The translations under genes were made by a program, and so were the position numbers. Shown piece by piece: positions 39,301-49,630 of a stretch of DNA of 64,000 nucleotides. The notes under the pieces are model-generated. The model searched no databases. It was not told the DNA's origin and worked only from the letters and a program-made list of their open reading frames with translations. Location: the NCBI GenBank assembly GCA_973895155.1, contig OZ316894.1, positions 7,030,234 through 7,094,233 of the forward strand, given 5' to 3'. Source of the DNA: Marsupella aquatica. Lineage: Eukaryota > Plantae > Marchantiophyta. Position 1 is the first letter of the stretch, and each line of letters opens with the position of its first letter.

Positions 39301-42300
39301 ATGCCACTACAATTCATTACAACTGTCTGTGAATAGTCTTCTGAAGATAGCTCGCAAATGTTGAGGCATTGGCTTCACCATTCTCGCTCCTGCCGCTGTT
39401 ACATCTACTTGAAGAACTTCTTATTCTACCTCTTCTCGAAGTTGTCGAAGGATAGCATGGAGTTGAATTGACTTTAAATGTCCGCAGAACTCTATAACGG
39501 ACGTGAGGCGGAGAGTGCAAGAGGGGAGGAGAGCTTGACAGCAGCAAGAGAAGGATTACCTACCTAAATACCTGAGGACGACTAGTGCAGTATCCAGAAC
39601 TATGTAGTATAGTGAGCGATCTCTCAATGGAAAGAATGCTTTTACTATACTGCACGCCAACAAACATCTCGATGTACGAAGAAATAAGAATACCATTATT
39701 TAGACTCAGAGTTTGGATAAGAGGTAGAAGTTTGAGCTTCACCGGCGATAAACACAACTGCACCACATTCCCTGGCTTCTTTGATCCACTGTTCCAAAGT
39801 AAGCTGCCTTGGTGTCTCAGCTTCTAGATCCACCTCAGACACGAGATTTGAATACCCAGATCTTTTGAGTTCAGCAAGGGCTTGCTCCCGCAATTTTGAC
39901 AAAGCAAAAGCTGTGCTTGGCTGCAGTGCTGCCTCGCAACCTTCTACGATTTCTTCGACGGTGTGCCTCAAGACCAGAGAATAGCTGCCGCAACAAACAT
40001 GTCACGTGGGATAAGGGCATTCATATAAAACCCTTGACAAAACATTCATACACATGAAGCAAAACAATGAATCCTCAGATTTAAAACGAAAACAAACCAG
40101 ATAGAAAATGGACGTGGCTCCATGGGTTAGAAATAGACACTTACGGAAGTCCCCAGATTGTTCCTCCTATCGTCCCTTTGCCTTCGCTACCATGAATTGA
40201 GGGCGCCAGCACAAACGGGCTGACATCGAGCTGCAATGGGTAACATTCAGGTTGCGGAAAGGAGAACCGGGATCGGCTTGTAAATTCGTGAGAACTCAGA
40301 GACACCTAACCACGCATAGCTTTTCTAGTAGGTATCCAGCACTAGTGAGCATGCCCTATGGATAAAAGGTGGACTAACATAAGATGAAAACACTTGAAAC
40401 CAGGCAATAGAGAACGAAGTAGAAAAACGGCTGTGCACTAGCGAATTCATTCTAGAAAGTAACACAACAATCATGGCTAGATTGCACTCACGTCGTTGCA
40501 ACCATGCAAGTTGAGCCAGACATTTGTGCCACTTATTAATGAGACTTGTCGCTCAGACGAACTTCCTCCGAACAACACAAAAACTTTCTTCTTGGTTTTA
40601 TTCCTAGCAGTTGTAACTGGTGTGGTTGAACATCCGCTGAGGCTCAAGGATGGAAGCTGTGGATACCGTGAGCAAGCCTTACCAAGAATGGATTGGAGGA
40701 TACCCCCATGAGACAAGCCCACCTGGTTGCAAAGGAATTTGGAATTAGAACCTTGTTCTCTCAGAGTACGCAACGCATCTGCACAGAACACGATCTCAAA
40801 ACAACCGAGTAATTCAAACTACGACAGTGCTGCCTGGTGAGAAAAGTTGATTGTACTTAGAATAGACACTGATGAGATTGCATTCTTCTGGCACTCACGT
40901 AACACGGCTTCCTGGGAACAGTATGAATCCTATTCAGAGTTAACAATTACGAACCTGTGCAGCCTGTTGGAACAGAAAGCTCGTTTGCTCCATTCCACTC
41001 ATCTGGATGTACGTCAATATGCAGTATTAAGCAACACGGAGGCTGTTGCTAAAAAACTTCACAGTAAAAGGGCCGCTAAATACCAGATCTAAACGTAACA
41101 ACTGCTAGAACTACTGTGGCCACTACTACAGCAGCCGTTTGTCGCACATATGTTTCTGGCTCTACATTACTCTTCTAAACTTTTGTAGCCTATCAGCCAT
41201 TCTACTCATTATTTAGAGTAGTTTTTGTCAAAATTCACTTCCGCTTTCCGGTGGAATCTGAAGTCCACGAGACGTTAAATAGGCCAAAGGACAGAAAGTG
41301 GACAGAGATCTAGGGACAAAGGCAAACTGGATATGTTTCAGCACCCGTCTTGTCGTTTACTCTCATCTTCTAGCAATTTATGCTTTGAACTGTGTGCGAT
41401 GTCCACCTGAGATCTGGTGGACTTAAGATCCTTTCTATACAATTCAGTCTAAATTTAGACTCCCTGACTCAGCCAAACTTGCAACCAATTTCCTCCCTCA
41501 GACACGTCTCATTATGCTCCCCTGGTCGGCCTGCTCGGATTGTTCCTTTCGACAGTCAATCTAGATATAAGAACCTTGTCCAACGAAAGGCATGATTTTA
41601 TATTTCTTAATTACCCAGAAGTGCGAGAAAATTGTGTGCCTTGTGGCTCACAACATACCAGATTTATGTCAGAGAAGACCACAGTCCCTGTCTCAAATTG
41701 ACCGAGCAGTTTACGGCTTTTATCCTGTCCATGGCTGCCCAACGAAATTGTTGTTGAAGTAGGCAAAAACCAGCCATCCACCCGAGCAAAATCACGTAGC
41801 CCTAGTTGCTTAAATAGTGCTGCTGCACCGCTGCGAATTTCTGCAATTGCCTCCATTGGAAACCGGGGAGGACTGTGATAGTGTACCTGATCGAACACAA
41901 TAATACAATCCCCAATATTTAATGATCAGATCCACTACAAGCTGCATCCTGAAATGCACGGTCCACATCCTTTCACACCACATTTCACCTTTGCAAAGTG
42001 ATTGACCCAGTTCTCTAGTGTCATGTAGTGGAAAATGATAATGACGATAAGCGGAACCATTTTTCTTTATTCAGCTCAATTTATAAGTAAGCGTACAACA
42101 TACGAAGTGGACTTTGGGAATCACAATCCACCAATGGCGGCTAGTGTTGTGATACAAGTAGAAAAAGTCCAAGCTTCAAATACCTGTCTTGTGGGAAGGT
42201 ATTTCCTTCTATAATTGAAAATTTCTTCTTCACCTCCAGAAGCACCATCACCGGTCACCCTGAGTTCCACCTATTTCAGAGATGTCAGAGCGGTCAATAA

Positions 42301-45300
42301 TTTCTCATTCAATTCCAAGGCTTTCAAATGTACAACATTTTTGGAAGACCTGCCAAACTTGATTAGCAGAGGGCTCCTGGTCACCTCGAGGTCCGCACAT
42401 TGCTCTTAGTGCATATAATTAATGACACCGTATAGATGTTGCAAAATCTCGACACAAACCCGGACCATCTAATGCACGAATAGATGCTAGAGATAGCACT
42501 GAAGACGCATTGACCTTGCTTCTAGATCAGTGCAGACGTGAATATTAATTACACGTTCCAATAAATTACTTGATAAATAGATCCACCTTGGAGTCTTAGA
42601 CATATAACTTTCAATTACCACATATTTTCCTATGACTTCAGAGAATGACATTATCTAGTTTTACCTGAATGATTTTCAAGTTTGAAACACAAAGAGCTTG
42701 ATACATGTTCCATTTCAGCAAGGAACATGTCAGTATGGGAGCTCCTTTATCTCATTGACACCGTGTCTTTTAACCATGCAAAGGTGACACCCTTTTTCTC
42801 TTCGGGTTGCACATTGCTGTCAGTGTTTAACACTTCATTCAGAACGCCGTTATAATACTCTCTGGGGTCATTTTAAGGGTCAAGTTAGAACCTCAGTTGG
42901 CACTACCGGGTCATTTTAAGGGGTCAAGTTAGAACCTCAGTTGGCAGTAGTGCTACTGGATCTGATGTGTCTCCAGTCCCCACATCAAGAACAATGGTTG
43001 TAAACTCCTTCCCACCCTCTGCAAATGCTTCAACCAATACTCGCGCATCCACTCCCTGGAATTACCAGATCATACGTTTGGATCATAGTTCGAAGGAGAT
43101 ACAAATTTTTCAAATACACTTTAATCTAAAAGAAGGCTGTACACATGGAGTTAAATTAAAGAAAACCGCTAAAGAATAATATTTGTGATATATGATCATA
43201 AAGCATATTCTTTATCCTATTTGTATGCATGTTAGGGGGCAATTTTACCTGAGCAATAAGAGCCTCCGCTTTCTCGACAGCAGCTGCCACACCGAAGGCT
43301 ACACTAACTCCCACACTAGACCCTGCTCGCGCTGGTTTCACCTGCTCCGAATCCAGAGGTAATTTCAGTTCAGCAGTGTTGCTCACTACATGCTTTTCCC
43401 AAGGAAAAGAGGAATCGAAGCCCACCGACAAGATTTTACCAAGACCAAAGACTCTTGCTACATCCTCAGATTTATTTGCTGCCTGCTGAACAAGTATGCC
43501 ATATGACTGGTGAACTCGTAAACTTCACCTCCAAATTTATCCACTGCACATTTAGAAGGCCCGGGGCTTTGACATGTGTCCCGTCGACACAAAGTGTCAG
43601 TTAGATGCACTCACCACCACACGCCCAGACATTGCATCAATGCCGTTGCTCTCGAACCATTTGGTCAACTTATTTTCATCTGCTTTGGTTGCCTGTCATG
43701 TTACACAAAATGGATACCTTATAAATTAAAACACTCACCAAAATGACGATAAAGCCAGCTAGCTCTCGATTGTGAAGGTACCAATATATTCAATGACAAA
43801 GGGAGTTAGCATATACAATTCCGAAATAGGATTGAGGTGGATACAGAAAGACAGCATCCGACAAACCGCATGCTCAAAACTGATGAAAAGACGCTCCAGT
43901 AGAAACCTATGATAACTTTATGAAAAATAGACATGGATTTTTGAGTACCTCCAGAAGAAAAGAAGGTATTGTCGCAAACCCCAAGCTCCCAAGCTGCTCT
44001 GCTGCAGTGGCCTGACATTGCCAAATGTGAGCAACACCTATACCTCGAAGTTGTCACCGGCATCTTCACTGAGTTCGATCCAGACAGTCGAATGGACAGA
44101 AGGTTGATGATAGAACTTCTTCATCACAATCACTTACTCTCTGCGAACTGAGCCACCAAATGATTCAAGGAGGGCCAAGAGCTTTACCTTGTCAAAAGCT
44201 GACTCTGCTGCAGCTGCACTTGTGCCGACAAATGGGATGCCTGCACTTTCGAGAAGTTTCTGTTGCAAAACCAGAAACGGTTTACTAGAAGTTGTATCCG
44301 CCTCTATTTGGTTCTGTTTAACACTCTATCATCGTCCTACGGGGATTTTTAAAACATTCGAACGAAGCAGCTCAAATTCACTGTTGACTTAGTATTCCAA
44401 TCAAACAACGAGTAGTTGCCCACCTATCCCAAGGCTAGTTCCAAACAATAGTGAACGCAGTAACAATTGACAAGGTTGTGGCCAACCTGGATGCCACCAT
44501 CTTCACCAAACTGTCCATGAAGGACTGGGAAGACAATATCTGCTGATGCTCGAAGGTGTTGTAGAAATTCTTCGGTTGACTTGAAACCCTGTGCAGTACT
44601 ACTCATGAACAGGGTGTGATAAGAACTTCACTTCTGTAATGAGAAGAGTGCTGGAGCACTACCAAACGCAATTTAGAGGATGCCAGATATTAACAGCAAC
44701 TTGGCAGGCGAACCCAAGATCCACTCCATCGGGCTTTCAGCAACTCAAGCGAAAGAGAAGGCATGCAGAGCCTATAGTGATTAAAACGGCCCTCTGTACA
44801 AGGGAAGTCCCAAGAGCTAGAACTAACCTGGAGAGCTTGTAGTCAAAATCTGAAGGTGTATTTGAGTACATCTGTGTAATGTACCAACAAAGTTATTAGG
44901 TACACTGGTTGGAAGCGTCTTGCAATGCCATTCAACACTGAGTAGTAGCCAAGAAGCTACTACTCATTAGAATAAGTACCATCACTTTTAAGTGTGCTGA
45001 CGAAAATGCCAATCAAAACTTCTGAACAGTTACCGAAAGTCTCATGGCTACAAGCAAATACCGTGAAACCAAGCAATAATAATCCAGGTTAGCTGATGTA
45101 TCTCCCTCATGTGATGCACAGGAAGGAATATAAGTCAAAGTGAAGCAGTGCCTAGGATTTGGACATATTGAATAGGAATCCAGGTGATTGGTAGAGTTAT
45201 ATGGTTGACGAGGATAACCTGGCTATCTAAAATAGCATATGCTTGCAAATTGGTGTCCAAGTAAAAGCAGCTGATTAATATATCATCACCCTGTACATTT

Positions 45301-45743
45301 CCAAGATATAAGTCGGTATACTCTCGAATGTACACAACAAATTCAGCCTGGAGTTAGGGTAAATAGTTTGATGATCAAGTTGACTGAAAAGAAGTTCATG
45401 AGAACAGGCCATAGAAATGAGTGCAATGCTCAACCAGAACATCAGCCCACGCCAGACTGCCTTTCCAATATGCGGGAAAGACTAGGAGTGCTTAAAAATA
45501 GTAGTAAGAAACGAGGTCTTTGTATCTTCCTACAGTCACGTTTCGTCAAACCCGTCAGCCAACGACAAAGGAGTCGAAATGTGAGAAACAACATGGCAGG
45601 AACAAGACCTGCAGATGATCAAGTACAGATCGAGCTGAATTTAAGGAAATTCCCCTCTCCTGAGATGGCCCCCCACAGATTAGCCCCACTCGCAACTTCC
45701 CCGCTCCATTGGTGCTGCGTTCTTGAGAAACCGATGGTCTTAC
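36333..45743 (-). CDS. DDL: Plant-type D-alanine-D-alanine ligase with duplicated ATP-grasp/Ddl domains (~25 exons); no own ATG, predicted to be fused to the upstream dUTPase
   Basis: Exons encode KLRVGLICGGPSQERGISLNSARSVLDHLQ (45743-45609), MYSNTPSDFDYKL, IVFPVLHGQFGEDGGIQ, VKPARAGSSVGV, LLPTE|VEL, FNYRRKYLPT, LGLRDFARVDGW and SDINL|MSGMEQTSFLFQQA. The second domain has VFVLFGGSSSERQVSLISGTNVW, VHGGIGENGTLQ, CMDKVAT, CVKPISDGCSTGVARL, LSLEEKFQG|GTGVNLTPPP, EGFARIDAF and IIEANTVPGMTPSTVLIHQ|ALAENPP. Stop TGA at 36333-36335. Confidence 0.95.
42865..42949. repeat. ~43-bp tandem duplication covering a DDL exon end and its 5' splice site
   Basis: gggtcattttaaggg(g)tcaagttagaacctcagttggca.ta at 42865-42905 and 42908-42949. 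Confidence 0.9.
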
Positions 45744-45999
45744 CTGGGTTTACAAAGTTCAGTAAGAATTCATCATTCCCAGCTCAGAAGTCAACCCGCC
45801 GTCTCGCTCCATCACTAGATGTCATCTATATTCCTTCCAGGTAGAACCCACTTGGAAGGTGTAAAGCGTGGAGCTAGTATTTCACGTTGGGAACCTACAA
45901 GACTCCGCATAGAATGCCACCAAACTAGTTATCCAGTAACGTATACAACGTGACTCTGCGGTATTTCAATGTCTCACGCCGAATTACACCAGGGAGAGC

Positions 46000-46005
46000 T
46001 TTATT
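46000..46005 (-). terminator. Candidate AATAAA polyadenylation signal in the dUTPase-DDL intron
   Basis: tttatt on + at 46000-46005, about 135 nt past the dUTPase stop. Plant poly(A) signals are loose, so support is weak. Confidence 0.35.
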
Positions 46006-46138
46006 GTCAAACCCATTCCTGAACTGAGATTGCTATCATCGCTCAAACAGTACGTCGAGGAGATAATGAACCTTCTAAAACGGATCCGTTCATACGGATT
46101 CACAGTCGACGTGAACTTCGCCGGATTTGTCTCATCTA

Positions 46139-47494
46139 CTATTCTACTGTATCCACAGTACTTACAGCCTCCGCAACTGCAGCTGCGACAATTTCAGCTT
46201 TGTTCTTTATTCCCGAAGACCCGACGCCGCCAGCACCCCTTTCAGTCGACTCCAAAGAATCCGCTTCAACCACCTCTGGAGTGGCGATTTTCTCCAGAAT
46301 AAGCTGTGCGATTCTGTCACCTTCCATGATGTTAAAGTCTGTATCTGAGTGGTTAAAGAGTATAACCGCCACAGGTCCTCTGTAGTCGTAGTCAATGACT
46401 CCTGCCCCTACGTCAATGGAATGCTTCCAGGCCAACCCTGATCTTGGAGCTGTCATATCACCGCAGACAAGGCACTCAGTCGACGTGCCGACAAACAGTC
46501 AAAGATAACGATTACGAGGTGTATGCGAAGAAATGTATGCACGAAGACCTCCGCCTTGTGGACCACCGAGATGGACAAAGCAGAGAGCTGACGAGGCTTG
46601 ATTGCGAACTTCAGGCAGTGGAAGAATTAACAAAATTCAACCAAAACTTCTATGTCAGGATGGTGCAATGTTTACGTAGTGCCGTAGAACGGACGGGCAG
46701 ACATATATGGATCACCAGTTCCTACACTCCAAGAATGTGCAGGGAGATCGGTCACCACGAGAAATTAAACCAATTCCATGCTAATTGTGAGTTCATAAAG
46801 ATGGAAATCGTCGCTTACCAATTCGTGCATAGGTGCCCTCCGGAATTGCTATCGATAGTTCAGTCTTTACGAGAGATTTCCCGCGAGCAGGAACGATCGC
46901 CTCATAAGCACTGCATCATCCAGGACCAACACAGACAAGGGGTCAAGAAGACCAAAGCACGAAATCTGTGTCAGCCACCCCCAACAGTAAAAATGTACAT
47001 TACACATTTTTTGCCCTCCAGAAAGCATCATCACCGAGCCAGTGATCACATCGCGTTTGGCTTTGAAAGTCTAAGGAAAATGAAAAACCTCTACGAGAAT
47101 TACTACAACGGAAAGTCATGCAGTGGCAGCATTCAGTACATACCAACAGTGCAACAGTTCACAACAGCAGCTCCGCTTTAGTGAGCATTTGCACAGCAAG
47201 TGATGTAGGACAATGAAAATGAATTGGTGGTGAAGAAGACAACACAGACCTGCACAAATCGTAGCCTGCGGCGTGCTCCGACCGTCTCCTAGGCAGAAGA
47301 GCTTCAGGAGCAAGCTTCTTGACACGGAGGGCCCCAATGGCGTTCCCACCCCTGTTGCCATTGGACGAAGAATCAGCAGCCACCACCACTTTTTGCTCTA
47401 TAATTTGCTTCTTCAGTCGGGGCTCTTGCGGCTCTTCTTGCTCCGAACCGTCGTCAGCTCTGCTGTCATCGCTGCGACTTTCGCCTCCCGCCAT
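46139..47494 (-). CDS. DUT: Trimeric-type dUTP pyrophosphatase (dUTPase); exons 47494-~47250, 46910-46819, ~46449-46139 (or to 46166 when spliced on to DDL)
   Basis: Motifs AAGYDL (I), ARIAPRSGLA (II), [11 protein letters not shown] (III), GDRIAQLI (IV), [11 protein letters not shown] (V, variant). N-terminal EPRLKKQ is NLS-like. ATG at 47494; TAG at 46139-46141. Confidence 0.95.
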
Positions 47495-47694
47495 CACTGC
47501 TCACGAACTACTCAATGCAGGTCTTCCTCCTGCTCCTTCGCCTCTTCCTCTATCACTCAAATTCCTTCCTCTTCTCGTCCTCTTCTATCAATTTCTACTC
47601 CTCGACGCTCCTCGTCTACTGCTCCTGTTAACCCTTTGCATCAGCTCACCTCCAAATCTTCGAGCGAAGTGGAACGCACAACACAAACAGAGCG

Positions 47695-47742
47695 GCCCGC
47701 AAGAGATTCTCTCGTAAAGACTGAGCTATCGATAGCAATTCC
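47695..47742 (+). repeat. Inverted (antisense) copy of part of dUTPase exon 2
   Basis: 47708-47742 is the reverse complement of 46842-46876 at 34/35 positions; the + strand translates [12 protein letters not shown], the same peptide as exon 2. Confidence 0.9.
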
Positions 47743-47821
47743 AACTCTCTTTGGTCATTCCTTCGTCGTCTATGAACAGAATTCCATCGCCTCTCTCTAC
47801 AGTAATTGTCCTGTCCGCCAT
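47726..47821 (-). promoter_or_regulatory. Candidate 31-codon uORF upstream of the dUTPase ATG
   Basis: ATG 47821 to TAG 47726: MADRTITVERGDGILFIDDEGMTKESWNCYR*. Relevant only if the TSS lies upstream of 47821. Confidence 0.3.
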
Positions 47822-48960
47822 ATCTCTGCTCTTGAGGAAAATCCGGTTTCGTTTCTGTCGTATGATCGATTTCACATCAGTCTGATCTGCTCTTGCGGAT
47901 TTGATCTTCCCCGCATGAGGAGAATGGATTTGCGCAACAAATCATTTGGTGATACGATAATGCGCCGCCAATTCGAGGAAATTGCTTTCCCATGTTTCAC
48001 ATATGGATCGAAATCGAATTGAGAAAATAGTGGAGTCGAATCGGCTAACCGCACAGTACTATTCAAGAGCGCGAGACATTAAGTAGTGCTATTTAAATAC
48101 TCTAAGTAAGTGACACATATAATTTGCAAGGAAATGAAGGTGGGATTAAGGAATACAGAAAATGATGCTCCCATGGACCAGAACCTTGATCTCTTGAACC
48201 CCCGTGGACCTCATTTCCCAGAGTTTGAGTTTAATTGTACTAACTTCATGTTCATTAGTGAGGGTGAGGAAATGTAAACTAGACAAAGAAATGAGTACCA
48301 AACAAGGAAAGCTAACTATTGATGCATTGTATGTATATTGCGATCCTGTTCATTGCTCACCTAAAACATTTTTTGCTCTAGACTCTCTAATCAATTTTGA
48401 AAATACAAAGGAACACATGGGGAAGGCATAAACTATTTGTAAGTGTGTAAAATTCTCAATCATGCTTGGAAGCAAATGAAACTTGTGTAAAATTTGCAGA
48501 CACCTCTATTTCATCATTCATGACTATAGTGGTCACTTTCATAATCTCTAGTTTCCTGTCGGCAACTGTATTGTGGGAGCTAAGTTTTCTCCACAAGGTC
48601 TCCAAGAACTACTGGATATAGTACATCTGCTACAGAGGTTTATGCTTGATGAACCCCAGAATGAAAAGTATTTTAAGTTTCTTAAACTGAAAAGTTTTTA
48701 AATTTGAATTTAAAAATGATGACAAATCATGATATTTGAAGAAGAAAAAAAAGTGGCAATGAATCCGAGGGTGATGAAACAGTCAGGTTTTCCAAAAAGT
48801 ATATTGTACTACTCTAACCAATTAAGCTGAATCACAAGCTGCTCCCTAGGTCTAATGTCTAGAGTGAAGCATGAGGGAATTTAGACACTAACTCTAAATG
48901 AGTACATAACTGAAAGTGAGGGTGTAGACAAACAAGGAATTTCTACAATGAATTTTTTTG

Positions 48961-49210
48961 CTCCTCTACATTCAAGGAAGGGATAATCAGGCAGGCTAAT
49001 CAGGCCAGCTAATGTAAGTTAATGATACTTGACCCAAAAGGCTTTTCTCCTCTACTTTCAAGGAAGGGATAATCAGGCAGGGTATCAGGCTAGCTAAAGT
49101 AAATTAATCATACTTGACCCAAAAGGATTTTCTCCTCTACATTCAAGAAACGGATAATCAGGCAGGGTAATGAGGCTAGTTAATGTGAATTAATTATACT
49201 TGGCCCAAAG
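48961..49210. repeat. 3 x ~85-bp tandem repeat in the divergent dUTPase/PurH intergenic region
   Basis: ctcctctac.ttcaag.aa.ggataatcaggcagg...tacttg.cccaaa units start at 48961, 49047 and 49132. Confidence 0.9.
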
Positions 49211-49630
49211 AGGTGGCAACGGAGTAAAACCCAGATGGTCCAAAACCCCCACAATCATAATAAGAAAATGCAGCTCTTCAGCTCCGCCAAAAGTCGGCAT
49301 GGAGACTCCACAGTCCACAATCCTCAGTACATGACGGTTCTGAGCAATTCACAGGAGAATCTGAAATTCTGGATCACTTTTCTGAGCAGCTCACGAGCGA
49401 ATCTGGACTTCTGGACTCTGGAAGCAATTTACAGTGGAGCTGAGTTGAGAATCGTTGGACCGAATGTAGGAATCTCAGCTGCAGCTCCAGTTCTCCAATA
49501 AACCCCAGCCGAGGTCTCTAAAACCCTCAGCTCAGTCCAGCAGAGCAGGGCGGAGAGCAACGGCCTTTCCTCGACGAAAAGAGAGTTGGGTATCGTCCTG
49601 CAGACTCAGGGGAAGTGCTAGGGTTCGGCT

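Noticed and set aside
45669-45674. Apparent frameshift in the G-run of the first DDL exon
   Set aside because: A recount gives six Gs (TGT GGG GGG CCA), so ICGGPSQER is in frame.
47497-47660. Upstream GAG|GTGAG donor (~47649) as a separate first coding exon for DDL, with the dUTPase nested in an intron
   Set aside because: No ATG-initiated frame reaches this donor in the phase needed for the DDL acceptor, and the first DDL exon has no Met. A non-coding UTR intron remains possible.
48961-49210. Regularly spaced repeats (also 55554-55830 and 8960-9250) as CRISPR-like arrays
   Set aside because: The whole unit is repeated with no unique spacers, there are no cas genes, and the context is eukaryotic. 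These are minisatellites.
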